Assembly: GCA_040755995.1 (NCBI GenBank) | Contig: JBFMAF010000034.1 | Location: 32,001 to 96,000, forward strand | DNA from: Acidobacteriota bacterium | GTDB taxonomy: Bacteria > Acidobacteriota > CAIWXX01 | DNA: 64,000 nucleotides | Reading direction: 5' to 3' | The notes under the pieces: generated by a model | Database searches by the model: none | What the model was told of the DNA's origin: nothing | What the model saw: only the letters and a program-made list of their open reading frames with translations | In this document: positions 28,494 through 38,207 of the stretch, piece by piece | Numbering within the stretch: the first letter of the stretch is position 1 | How the letters are laid out: every line of letters begins with the position of its first letter | Translations under genes and position numbers: made by a program

Positions 28494-30380
28494 GTGGAAG
28501 ATTTTAAAACCATTGAAGTAGAAACTGACCTATTGATCCTGGGCGGCGGCATGGCGGCATGCGGAGCCGCAGTCGAAGCGGCCCACTGGGCGAAGCAGAA
28601 CGGCCTGAAGGTCACGTTGGTCGACAAGGCCGCGATGGATCGCTCGGGCGCCGTTGCGATGGGCCTTTCCGCCATCAACCAGTACGTGGGCCTCAGGGAC
28701 GGCCAGAACACGATCAAGGACTATGTCGACTACGTCCGGAACGACCTCATGGGCATCACTCGTGAGGATCTCGTAGCCAACATCGCCCGTCACGTCGACT
28801 CGACGGTGCACCTGTTCGAGAAGTGGGGCCTGCCGATCTGGAAAGACGAGAAAGGTGCGTACGTGCACGAGGGCCGTTGGCAGCTCATGATCAACGGCGA
28901 GTCGTACAAGGTCGTCGTGGCCGAGGCGGCCAAGAACGCGATCGGCAAAGAGAACGTCTACGAGCGCGTGTTCATCGTCGGCCCGATCATGGACGGCGAC
29001 AGGTGTGCCGGCGCTTACGGGTTCTCGGTCCGCGATAATACGTTCTACGTGTTCAAGGCCAAGGCCGTCATCGCGACTATGGGCGGCGCAGTGCACGTGT
29101 TCAAGCCTCGGTCCTCCGGTGAAGGCCAGGGCCGTGCTTGGTATCCGCCGTGGAACGCCGGCGCGTCTGCTTACTTCACGCTGGCTGCCGGCGCCGAGAT
29201 GACCTGCCAGGAAGTGCGCTTCATCCCGGTCCGGTTCAAGGATGCGTACGGCCCGGTGGGTGCGTGGTTCCTGCTGTTCAAGTCGCGCGCAACCAACGCG
29301 TTGGGCGAGAACTACATGGAAACGCGCAAGCCCGAGCTCGACAAGTGGAAGCCGTACGGCCTCGTGAAGCCGACCCCGGCGAACCTCCGCAACTACCTCG
29401 GCATGCTCGATGTGATGGAGGGCAAGGGCCCGATCTACATGAGAACCGAGGAGGCCATCCAGAAGATCGCCGCGACATCCGGTGACGAGAAGGCCGCGAA
29501 GAAGAAGCTGAAGGAGCTCGATTCCGAGGCGTGGGAGGACTTCCTCGACATGACGATCTCCCAGGCCATCCTTTGGGCAGCCACCAACGTGTCGCCGGAG
29601 GAGAAGCCGTCGGAGATCGCGGCCGCTGAGCCGTATTTCATCGGCTCGCACTCGGGCGCCAGCGGCGCGTGGGTGAGCGGTCCCGAGGACATCCAGAACG
29701 ACACGTCCAAGAAGGACTACTTCTGGGGCTACGACCACATGTCCACGGTGAAAGGTCTGTTCTGCGCGGGTGACGCTTCCGGCGCATCCTCGCACAAGTT
29801 CTCCTCCGGCTCGCACGCCGAAGGCAGAATCGTAGGCAAGGCGGCGATGCGGTACATCCTGAAAGAGAAGCCGGCGGCGCCCGCCGTCACGGCTGATATC
29901 GTCGCGAAGCTGAAGGAGCAGACCTACAAGCCGCTGAAGAACTACGAGGACAACGTCAAACTCACGACGCAGAACGACGTCAACCCCAACTACATCCGTC
30001 CAAAGATGTTCATGATGCGCTTGCAGAAGATGATGGACGAGTACGCGGGCGGCGTGACGGCTCAGTTCACCACGTCCGAATCCATGCTCAAGAGGGCGCT
30101 CGAGCTCCTGGCCTACCTGAAGGAAGACTCGGACAAGCTCGGTGCCGCGGACCTGCACGAGCTGCAGAGGGCCTGGGAGAACTACCATCGTATGTTCCAG
30201 GCCGAAGCGCACGTGCGATCGATTCTCTTCCGCGAAGAGACCCGTTGGCCCGGGTACTACTTCCGCTCAGACAAGCCGAAGATGGACCCGAACTGGGAGT
30301 GCTTCGTCAACTGCATCTACGACGCCAAGACCGGCGATTGGAAGATGTTGAAGCGACCCATTCACCACATCTTCACGTAG
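28494..30380 (+). CDS. aprA: Adenylylsulfate reductase alpha subunit
   Basis: DRSGAVAMGLSAIN, WQLMINGESYK, GEGQGRAWYP, HKFSSGSHAEGR, REETRWPGYY. Confidence 0.97.
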   Translation: MEDFKTIEVETDLLILGGGMAACGAAVEAAHWAKQNGLKVTLVDKAAMDRSGAVAMGLSAINQYVGLRDGQNTIKDYVDYVRNDLMGITREDLVANIARHVDSTVHLFEKWGLPIWKDEKGAYVHEGRWQLMINGESYKVVVAEAAKNAIGKENVYERVFIVGPIMDGDRCAGAYGFSVRDNTFYVFKAKAVIATMGGAVHVFKPRSSGEGQGRAWYPPWNAGASAYFTLAAGAEMTCQEVRFIPVRFKDAYGPVGAWFLLFKSRATNALGENYMETRKPELDKWKPYGLVKPTPANLRNYLGMLDVMEGKGPIYMRTEEAIQKIAATSGDEKAAKKKLKELDSEAWEDFLDMTISQAILWAATNVSPEEKPSEIAAAEPYFIGSHSGASGAWVSGPEDIQNDTSKKDYFWGYDHMSTVKGLFCAGDASGASSHKFSSGSHAEGRIVGKAAMRYILKEKPAAPAVTADIVAKLKEQTYKPLKNYEDNVKLTTQNDVNPNYIRPKMFMMRLQKMMDEYAGGVTAQFTTSESMLKRALELLAYLKEDSDKLGAADLHELQRAWENYHRMFQAEAHVRSILFREETRWPGYYFRSDKPKMDPNWECFVNCIYDAKTGDWKMLKRPIHHIFT

Positions 30381-30463
30381 GATCGACTGCGGGTGGTCGT
30401 CAGTAGCACTGATACACGCTCCGGGCGCAACTGCGCCCGGAGCGCGACCCCCACGAGGGAACT

Positions 30464-30790
30464 ATGGCTGAGACCAAGCACGACCTGAAGTGCCCCCACT
30501 GCGGCCAGATGCTGAGCCCGTTCGGGCTGCCCGAGAGCGGCGGTTGGGAGTTGCCATTTCAGTTGGCGTGTTTCAACGATGAGTGTTCTTATTACTCCCG
30601 GGGCTGGGGATGGATGTTCGAGCGGTTCGGGGTGAGGGCATCCTACCGCTACCGGGTGGATCCCGTTTCCGGACAGGCTTCCCCGCTTCCGGTGTGGTCC
30701 CCTACTGCACTGCGGGACCGAATTCTGGACGACGACACCCTCGAGAACATCCTTTCTACCCAGGACGTGATCCCTGAACAGAACTGCTAG
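30464..30790 (+). CDS. Small Cys-containing (zinc-ribbon-like) hypothetical protein
   Basis: CPHC and CFNDEC motifs; GAGGG RBS; lies within the apr-qmo operon. Confidence 0.75.
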   Translation: MAETKHDLKCPHCGQMLSPFGLPESGGWELPFQLACFNDECSYYSRGWGWMFERFGVRASYRYRVDPVSGQASPLPVWSPTALRDRILDDDTLENILSTQDVIPEQNC

Positions 30791-30826
30791 CTCGGGCGCG
30801 TTCCGCGGGAACTGGTACATCTAGAC

Positions 30827-31633
30827 ATGAGCACACAAGCCGGCGCCCTGCCCGAGGCCCTGCGTAGCCAGAGGCAACTCGGCGCAGACGAGCGCTTCAC
30901 TTTCGCTTGCCATCCGGGTCTCCGTTGTTTCACGCGCTGCTGTGCGGACATCAACATCCTGCTGACGCCGCTCGACGTGCTGCGGCTCGCCCGGAGACGC
31001 GGGATGACGACCCGTGAGTTCCTTGACACCCATACTCTGACGCCGATAACGAAAGAGCTGCATCTACCCGTCGTCATGTTGCGCATGGGAGCCGACCCGG
31101 AGCGTCGCTGCCCATTTGTGCATCCGGAGACGGGTTGCACGGTCTACGATGAGCGGCCGTGGGCGTGCCGCATGTATCCGCTGGGCATGGCATTGCCTCC
31201 GGCGCGTGCCGGTGTAGAACCGCAGCCGCTTTACGTCATGTTCGAGGAGGACTTCTGCCTGGGACGTGGCGAGAAGCGGGAGTGGACGGTCAATCGATGG
31301 CGGAACGATCAAGGTATCGTGGCACACGACGAGATCGAGGCCGGGTTCCGCGAGATCGTCTCACACCCCTGGTTCATAGGCGGTCGGCAGCTGGACCCGA
31401 AGCGGATGGAGATGTACTTCACCGGCTGCTACGACCTCGACACTTTCCGGAGCTTCATCTTCGAGTCCACGTTTCTTCGTAGATTCGAGCTCGACGAAGC
31501 CCTGGTCGAGAAGCTCCGGACCGACGATATGGAACTATTCCGGTTTGCCTTTCGCTGGCTCCGCTACGCCCTCTTCGGCGAACCGACAATGAAGGTACGG
31601 CCTGATGCGCCGTCATCCCGGAGGAATAAATGA
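30827..31633 (+). CDS. YkgJ/UPF0153 family cysteine-cluster protein
   Basis: CHPGLRCFTRCC, CPFV...GCTVY..RPWACRMYP; ATAAATG overlap with qmoA. Confidence 0.85.
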   Translation: MSTQAGALPEALRSQRQLGADERFTFACHPGLRCFTRCCADINILLTPLDVLRLARRRGMTTREFLDTHTLTPITKELHLPVVMLRMGADPERRCPFVHPETGCTVYDERPWACRMYPLGMALPPARAGVEPQPLYVMFEEDFCLGRGEKREWTVNRWRNDQGIVAHDEIEAGFREIVSHPWFIGGRQLDPKRMEMYFTGCYDLDTFRSFIFESTFLRRFELDEALVEKLRTDDMELFRFAFRWLRYALFGEPTMKVRPDAPSSRRNK

Positions 31634-32886
31634 ACCCATCCAAACCGCTGCCCCTGCTCGTGCTCGGGGCAGGCATCGCCGGCATCACGGCAGCGCTGGA
31701 GGCCGCCGAGGCCGGCCGCGACGTGGTGCTGGTCGAGGCCGAGCCTGCCGTGGGCGGCCGCGTGCTTCGCAATCACCTCTACTTCCCGAAGCTCTGTCCC
31801 CCATCGTGCGGGATGGAGATCAACGTTCGCCGGCTCGAACGGAACCCACGCATCAGGGTCCTGGTCCGGACGAACGTCGGCAAGGCGACTTCGACTCCGG
31901 ACGGCTGGCTGGTGACGCTGAACCAGGCCCCCGCTTACATCAATGATCGCTGTACGATGTGCGGAGTCTGCAGCGAGGCATGCCCCGCCAAGGTCTCCGA
32001 TCCGTTCAACCTGGGCATGAAGCAGGTGCCGGCCATTCGAATACCTCATCCCAGTGCGTGGCCGCGTCGCTTCGTGATGGATCGCAAGGCCTGCCCGGCA
32101 GATTGCAAGGCCTGCGTGGATGCGTGCAAGTACAACGCGATCGACCTGAATGCGTCGCCGCTGGAGGAGACGGTCGAGGTCTCCGCCGTCGTGATCGCAA
32201 CGGGGTGGCATCCTTACCCGATCGAGAAGCTCACGGAGCTCGGAGGCGGAACCCTGCCCGACGTGATCGCGAATGTCCAGATGGAGCGGCTGGTGTCGCC
32301 GGCGGGCCCTACAGCCGGCAAGATCCAGCGGCCGTCCGACGGCCGGACGCCCAAGCGCGTCGCTTTCGTACAGTGCGCAGGCTCGAGGGACGTGAACCAC
32401 CTCCCGTACTGCTCCGCTGTCTGCTGCCTGGCATCACTGAAGCAGGCGCTGTACGTCCACGACCAACTGCCCGAGACCGAGGTCACCATCTATTACATCG
32501 ATCGCCGTGCGCCGGGCCGCAACGAAGATGTCCTGACTCGCGTGGCGGCGACATCCGGCGTGAAGCTCGTCAAGGGCAAGGTCGGCAAGATCGAGCGCGG
32601 GTCGGGCGGCGCTTTGAAGTTGAGCGTGGAGGACGTGGAGTCCGGGCGGCTGGCCGACGCCCAGGCCGACCTAGTCGTGCTCGCCACCGGAATGGTGCCC
32701 AACGTGCGCACCGACCAGCTCCCATTCGGTCTCACCAATGACGATGATGGATTCGGGCTGGACAACATGGAGAGGCGGGTCGTCGTCGCGGGCGTTTCGC
32801 GGCGCCCGGAAGATGTGGCTGCGTCTGTCAGAGACGCCACCGGGGCCGCTGCGAAGGCCATGGTCGCGGCCGGAAGGAGAGCATAG
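31630..32886 (+). CDS. qmoA: QmoA (HdrA-like)
   Basis: GAGIAG, FPKLCPPSCG, ferredoxin motifs, QCAGSRD, YCSAVCC. Confidence 0.93.
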   Translation: MNPSKPLPLLVLGAGIAGITAALEAAEAGRDVVLVEAEPAVGGRVLRNHLYFPKLCPPSCGMEINVRRLERNPRIRVLVRTNVGKATSTPDGWLVTLNQAPAYINDRCTMCGVCSEACPAKVSDPFNLGMKQVPAIRIPHPSAWPRRFVMDRKACPADCKACVDACKYNAIDLNASPLEETVEVSAVVIATGWHPYPIEKLTELGGGTLPDVIANVQMERLVSPAGPTAGKIQRPSDGRTPKRVAFVQCAGSRDVNHLPYCSAVCCLASLKQALYVHDQLPETEVTIYYIDRRAPGRNEDVLTRVAATSGVKLVKGKVGKIERGSGGALKLSVEDVESGRLADAQADLVVLATGMVPNVRTDQLPFGLTNDDDGFGLDNMERRVVVAGVSRRPEDVAASVRDATGAAAKAMVAAGRRA

Positions 32887-35133
32887 ATGCAGAAGTTCGG
32901 CGTTTTCATTTGCACCGGTTGCGGCATCGGCGAGGCGATCAAGGTCGATCCACTCGCCGCCAAGGCGAAGAAGGCCGGCGCAGTTGTCTGCACGACCCAT
33001 CCGTGCTTGTGTGCGCCGGAGGGCGTCGCGGCGATACGATCGACGCTCCAGGGCGGAGCGGCTGAAGGGGTACTGCTTGCCGCGTGCTCGATCCGAGCGA
33101 AGTCCGAGGAGTTCAGGTTCGATCCGGCGCAGGCGGCGGTAGAGCGGGTCAGCCTGCGGGAACAGTGCGTCTGGTCGCACCCGGCAGGTGACGAGAATAC
33201 GCAGATGCTGGCCGAAGACCTCATGGCCATGGGCCTTGCCAAGATCGCCAAGATCAGCGTCCCCAAACCACTAACGGAGACTATCGAGCACACGGTGTTG
33301 GTGGTCGGAGGCGGGATCGCCGGACTGGAGGCCGCCAGGGCGGCTGCGGGTGTAGGCCACCCAGTGGTCCTCGTCGAGGCGAAGGACAAGGTTGGAGGTC
33401 ACCTGGCGAGTATCAAGGACATGGTGCCGGAGCATCCCCCGTACGACGTCGTTCACCCCAATCGAGTCACTGAGCTGGCCGCCCAGGTGAGCGCCCACCC
33501 TCAGATCCGCATCCTGACGTCGGCGAAGATCCGGAGCATCGCGGGCCAGCCCGGTCAGTTCCAGGTCGAGGTCGATACGCCGATCGGAGCCCTGTCGTTC
33601 ACAGCCGGCGCGATCGTCCAGGCCACGGGCGCGCGACCATACGACGCGCGCAAGCTCGCGCACCTCGGATACAGCCAGTCCCCCAACGTGGTCACGTCGC
33701 AGGAGCTCGATGGGATGCTCGGCGCCGGTAAGCTCGCCCGCCCCTCTGACGGCAAGTTGCCCGAGCACATCGTCTTTGTCCAGTGCGCGGGCTCGCGCGA
33801 TCCGCAGCACCTCCCGTACTGCTCCTCCGAGTGCTGCGGGAACACGCTCAGGCAGGTTGCGGCGATCCACCGCGACTACCCGAAGGTCGAGACCGCCGTG
33901 GTCTACCGCGACATGAGAACACCGGGGCAGCTCGAAAGATTCTACCTCGCTGTTCAGTCGCAGCCCAACGGTATGTTCACACGGGGCGAGGTCGAGAAGG
34001 TCGAGGGCAACGGTCACCTGAAGGTCTATCTGCGCGAGAGCCTGCTCGGCGACGGCGTCGCGCTTGACGCCGACCTGGTCGTTCTCGCCGTGGGCATGGT
34101 GCCGAACACGGCAGACGGCGAAGCTGTCCGCACGCTGCACGACGCGCAGAAGCGCGCCGCCACGGGAGACTCGGAGGTGCAGAAGGCCGAGGCCGCGAAG
34201 TTGGCCGCCTCTCTCATCCATCATGGGGGCACTGAGATCCTGAACCTTGGCTACCGCCAGGGCCCGGACCTCCCTATCCTCAAGTACATGTTCCACGACT
34301 CGCACTTCATCTGTTTCCCGTACGAGACACGCCGTACCGGCGTTTACGTGGCTGGATCGGCGCATGCCCCGATGGATGCTGCACAGGCGGCAGAAGACGG
34401 ATGGGGCGCGGCGATGAAGGCCGTACAGTGCATCGCGGCGGCGTGGCGAGGCGAGGCCGTTCACCCGCGCGCGGGTGACATCACGATCCCCGACTTCTTC
34501 CTGCAGCGCTGCACGCAGTGCAAGCGATGCACCGAAGAGTGCCCGTTCGGCACGCTGAACGAGGATGTGAAGGGCACGCCGCAGCCTAATCCTTTGCGCT
34601 GCCGACGGTGCGGTATCTGCATGGGCGCGTGTCCCGAGCGGATTGTCTCGTTTGCCGACTACTCGGTTGATGCCATCTCCTCGATGATCAAGGCGATGGA
34701 GGTGCCGGAGGAGGACGAGGAGAAGCCGCGCATAGTCGCTTTCCTGTGCGAGAACGATGCGGTGCCCGCCCTGGACGTGGCGGCCAGCCAGCGCCGGAGC
34801 TGGAACCCGTGGGTCCGGGTGATCCCGTTGAGGTGCCTCGGGTCCATGAACATCGTCTGGATCGCGGATGCGCTGTCGAGGGGCATCGACGGAGTCATTC
34901 TCATCGGCTGCAAACGTGGGGATGACTACCAGTGCCACTTCGTCAAGGGCTCCGAGCTGGCCAACACGAGGCTCAGCAACGTTCAGGAGACCCTCCAGCG
35001 CCTCCAGCTCGAGAAGGAGCGCATCCAGGTGGTCGAGCTGGCGCATGACGAGTACCACAGAATCACGGACGTTCTCGATGAGTTCGCCGGTGTCATCGAG
35101 AAGGTCGGCCCGAATCCGATGAAGGGATTCTGA
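32887..35133 (+). CDS. qmoB: QmoB (HdrA-like plus MvhD-like domain)
   Basis: CTGCGIG, QCAGSRD, YRQGPDLP, CTQCKRC, RCLGS and GCKRGDDYQCHF motifs. Confidence 0.93.
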   Translation: MQKFGVFICTGCGIGEAIKVDPLAAKAKKAGAVVCTTHPCLCAPEGVAAIRSTLQGGAAEGVLLAACSIRAKSEEFRFDPAQAAVERVSLREQCVWSHPAGDENTQMLAEDLMAMGLAKIAKISVPKPLTETIEHTVLVVGGGIAGLEAARAAAGVGHPVVLVEAKDKVGGHLASIKDMVPEHPPYDVVHPNRVTELAAQVSAHPQIRILTSAKIRSIAGQPGQFQVEVDTPIGALSFTAGAIVQATGARPYDARKLAHLGYSQSPNVVTSQELDGMLGAGKLARPSDGKLPEHIVFVQCAGSRDPQHLPYCSSECCGNTLRQVAAIHRDYPKVETAVVYRDMRTPGQLERFYLAVQSQPNGMFTRGEVEKVEGNGHLKVYLRESLLGDGVALDADLVVLAVGMVPNTADGEAVRTLHDAQKRAATGDSEVQKAEAAKLAASLIHHGGTEILNLGYRQGPDLPILKYMFHDSHFICFPYETRRTGVYVAGSAHAPMDAAQAAEDGWGAAMKAVQCIAAAWRGEAVHPRAGDITIPDFFLQRCTQCKRCTEECPFGTLNEDVKGTPQPNPLRCRRCGICMGACPERIVSFADYSVDAISSMIKAMEVPEEDEEKPRIVAFLCENDAVPALDVAASQRRSWNPWVRVIPLRCLGSMNIVWIADALSRGIDGVILIGCKRGDDYQCHFVKGSELANTRLSNVQETLQRLQLEKERIQVVELAHDEYHRITDVLDEFAGVIEKVGPNPMKGF

Positions 35134-35157
35134 TGAAGTTTGGAGGTTAAGGGAGAC

Positions 35158-36294
35158 ATGGCATCTGTTCCAGTGTTCGCTCCATCCTCGACATTCCGTG
35201 ACGAGCTGCGGCGCCGGGGAGGCGAGACGGCGCTCCGGTGCTACCAGTGTGCGACATGTTCGAGCGTCTGCGAGCTGGCCCCCGCCGAAGCTCCATTTCC
35301 GCGTCGCCAGATGCTTTGGGCGCAGTGGGGACTGGCGGACCGGATAGCGGCGGACCCGTCGGTCTGGCTTTGTCACCAGTGCAACGATTGTACTCAGCGA
35401 TGCCCGCGAGACGCGAAACCTGGTGACGTGCTTTCCGTGGTTCGCGCGCTGACCATCGAGAAGCTGGCGTTCCCGCGGTTCGTGGGGAGCCTTGTCGGGA
35501 AGGTCCGTGTGACGTGGCCGTTGGTTCTCGGCATCCCCATCCTGTTCTGGGTCCTCCTGCTCATGGCGGTGAACGGCCTGCAGGTGCCGCAGGACTTCCG
35601 GGCGTACGAGCAGTTCGTGCCGCACTGGTTGCTGTACGCGGTCTATTTTCCCGTGGTGGGCTGGGTGGTATTGGCGAGCTGGGTGAGCGGCCGCCGATTC
35701 TGGTCGCTGCTTGGACTGGGGGCCTCGCGCAACGGATCCTTCCTGGGGCATCTATGGCCGGCGCTGATGGAGGTCGGCACGCACAAGCGCTTCGGCAACT
35801 GCACCGCTGCGCGTCCGCGCAAGATCGCCCACCTTGCGCTGCTGTGGGGCTTCGTCGGCGCGGCAGTGACATCGGGGCTTCTGATCATGGCGATCTACGT
35901 CCAGGGCATGACGCTCGACAACGGGCAGATGCCGCTCTCTCTGTGGCACCCGTACAAGATCCTCGGCAACATCTCGGCGGTATTGCTCGTTGTCGGTGGG
36001 GTGCTGCTGGTGGCGAACCGGTTGCAAGACGGAGTCCGCTCCGGTGCCTCGACAGCATTCGACTCGTTCTTCCTGACTGTTGTGGGACTCGTGATCGTGA
36101 CGGGCGTACTCACCGAAGCAGGGCGATTCGGATTTACTCCGGAGCTGGCATGCGCGCTCTACGTGGTGCACCTGGGTGTGGTACTCTGCCTGTTCGTCAC
36201 GTTCCCCTATTCCAAGTTCGCGCACATGCTCTACCGTACGCTGGCAATGGTTCACGCCAGGATGGCGGGCATCGTCTCACCGCGCGCCAAGTAG
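35158..36294 (+). CDS. qmoC: QmoC (ferredoxin plus heme-b membrane domain)
   Basis: CYQCATCSSVC, CHQCNDC..CP, six TM segments, PYSKFAH. Confidence 0.93.
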   Translation: MASVPVFAPSSTFRDELRRRGGETALRCYQCATCSSVCELAPAEAPFPRRQMLWAQWGLADRIAADPSVWLCHQCNDCTQRCPRDAKPGDVLSVVRALTIEKLAFPRFVGSLVGKVRVTWPLVLGIPILFWVLLLMAVNGLQVPQDFRAYEQFVPHWLLYAVYFPVVGWVVLASWVSGRRFWSLLGLGASRNGSFLGHLWPALMEVGTHKRFGNCTAARPRKIAHLALLWGFVGAAVTSGLLIMAIYVQGMTLDNGQMPLSLWHPYKILGNISAVLLVVGGVLLVANRLQDGVRSGASTAFDSFFLTVVGLVIVTGVLTEAGRFGFTPELACALYVVHLGVVLCLFVTFPYSKFAHMLYRTLAMVHARMAGIVSPRAK

Positions 36295-36368
36295 AGCGCT
36301 GCCCAGGTGACGACGCGACAATGCAATGAATCTCGCGAGATAATCTCAACGTAAAAGGAGGAGTACTC

Positions 36369-37637
36369 ATGAGTAAACTCGTACAACCGCATGGGAGTGC
36401 GGATCTGAAGGCTCTTCTGCTTCAGGGGAAGGAAGCGGAGGAGGAGAAGAAGAAGGCTGAGACGCTCAAGAAGGTCCCCATGACCAGCCGGGAAACCTCG
36501 GACTTGATCATGATGGCCATCGGAGCTTTCACGCCGCTGCCGGGGTTCATGGGCCGGGACGATTGGAAGGGCTGCTGCGAGAACTACCAGCTGCCGTCCA
36601 TGAAGAACCTGTTCTGGCCCATCCCGATCACGCTGTCGGCCGAGCAGGCGCTTGCCGATTCGATCAAGATCGGCGAGGAAGTCGGGCTCTGGGACACGGA
36701 GACCGAGGCCTATGTCGGGACGATGAAGGTCACCGAGAAGTACGGGATCGACAAGGATTACGAGTGCAAGCAGGTGTTCCGGACCACCGACAAGGCGCAC
36801 CCGGGCGTGCAGAAGGTCATGGAGCAGGCACCCGTCAACCTGGCCGGCCCGATCCGGCCGTTCTCGGAGTCCTACTACCCCGAGATGTTCTCCACCATCT
36901 ATCAGCGGCCTGCCGAAGCGAGGAAGGCCTTCGAGGAGCGCGGGTGGAGCACCGTGGCGGCGCTGCAGCTCCGCAACCCGATGCACGGCTCGCATGCATA
37001 CCTGGCGTGGATCGCCATCGAAGTGTGCGACGGCGTCTACATTCACCAGCTCGTCGGCAAGCTGAAGCCGGGAGACATACCGGCCGAGGTGCGCGTGAAG
37101 GCAATCGATGCGCTCGTGAACAAGTACTTCCGCAAGGAGCGCGTGATCCAGGGCGGGTACCCGATGGAGATGCGCTATGCCGGACCGCGTGAGGCGCTGT
37201 TGCACGCCGTGTTCCGCCAGAACTACGGCTGCAGCCACCTGATCGTCGGCCGCGACCATGCAGGTGTCGGCGACTACTACGGCCCGTTCGATGCGCAGAA
37301 GATCTTCCTGGAGATCCCGCACGGAGCGCTCGAGCTCAAGCCGCTGCCGCTCGACTGGACCTTCTACTGCTACGAGTGCAAGGGCATGGCGTCGATGAAG
37401 ACCTGCCCGCACGAGAGCAAGGCCGTGATCGACGAGAACGGCAACTACAAGGGCGGCGCCAGGCTCCTGCTCTCCGGCACGCTGCTCCGGAAGCTGATGA
37501 GCGAAGGGAAGCCCGTGCCCGAGGAGTTCAGCAAGCCCGAGGTCATCGCGATCCTGAACGACTACTACAACAGCCTCGAGAAGAAGGTGGAGATCAAGCT
37601 GCACGGATTCGCCACCGGCGAAGCCGGCAAGAAGTAA
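36369..37637 (+). CDS. sat: Sulfate adenylyltransferase, copy 1
   Basis: [33 protein letters not shown] motifs. Confidence 0.97.
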   Translation: MSKLVQPHGSADLKALLLQGKEAEEEKKKAETLKKVPMTSRETSDLIMMAIGAFTPLPGFMGRDDWKGCCENYQLPSMKNLFWPIPITLSAEQALADSIKIGEEVGLWDTETEAYVGTMKVTEKYGIDKDYECKQVFRTTDKAHPGVQKVMEQAPVNLAGPIRPFSESYYPEMFSTIYQRPAEARKAFEERGWSTVAALQLRNPMHGSHAYLAWIAIEVCDGVYIHQLVGKLKPGDIPAEVRVKAIDALVNKYFRKERVIQGGYPMEMRYAGPREALLHAVFRQNYGCSHLIVGRDHAGVGDYYGPFDAQKIFLEIPHGALELKPLPLDWTFYCYECKGMASMKTCPHESKAVIDENGNYKGGARLLLSGTLLRKLMSEGKPVPEEFSKPEVIAILNDYYNSLEKKVEIKLHGFATGEAGKK

Positions 37638-37668
37638 TTACCCCCTTTACCCTCGCCTAACCTTCACC

Positions 37669-37700
37669 AACCGGGGCCTCCAGGCCCCGGTTTTTCTTTT
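37669..37700 (+). terminator. Rho-independent terminator after sat copy 1
   Basis: AACCGGGGCC-TCCA-GGCCCCGGTT followed by a T-tract. Confidence 0.9.
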
Positions 37701-37789
37701 CGGCGGGGCCGTCCCAACCCTCGCATGCAGCTCTTCCACCGTGGCCCAGGATGGGCTGCACTCGCCCCCTCCCGACCCCTGCGCGAAAT

Positions 37790-37818
37790 TTGACAGGCGA
37801 CGTGCGCCCTGCTACGCT
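37790..37818 (+). promoter_or_regulatory. Sigma-70 promoter at the start of the inserted segment
   Basis: TTGACA-17 nt-TACGCT. Confidence 0.55.
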
Positions 37819-37916
37819 TCGCCCATGTTTCGCTTCCTTCATGTGCATTCTCAAACGCTGCAGGCCCGGATAGGTCGGGGAGGGACCTGGCCGATGACGG
37901 CCTGGACTCCCTGTAG

Positions 37917-38183
37917 TCACGTCTTCTTGCTGCCGGTGGCCACAGCGACGTCGATGGCCGCATCGACCACTCGAAGCCCGGGCCGACGATGACCACGGCC
38001 TGCATCAACGCATCGAAGGGGCGGTTCGTTCACCACGCGGCCCCGTTCCAATGCTTCACCGACACCCTTGGCTTCCAGGCTGGCGTGATGGCCAGGGGTG
38101 TGCAGGTCGGGAACGCGGTGCCCAGACTTCTCGGCGAGGTGGTGTCGAGGGTGACGAACGCAGCCGTGACAGCAGTAGGGTGA
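37917..38183 (+). pseudogene. 3' remnant of a C5 DNA cytosine methyltransferase
   Basis: In-frame GHSDVDGRID..PGPTMTTACINASKGRFVH...QVGNAVP parallels FSDVYGRMA..APTITTGCVNPSKGRFLH...IGNAFP of the intact Dcm at 44445-45500; N-terminal motifs absent. Confidence 0.75.
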
Positions 38184-38207
38184 TCAGATCTGACGACGGG
38201 TGGTCGG

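Noticed and set aside
28530..30212. 560 aa minus-strand ORF
   Set aside because: Antisense shadow of aprA
33271..35751. 826 aa minus-strand ORF
   Set aside because: Antisense shadow of qmoB/qmoC
36252..37604. Minus-strand ORFs mirroring each sat copy
   Set aside because: Antisense shadows, repeated only because sat is repeated
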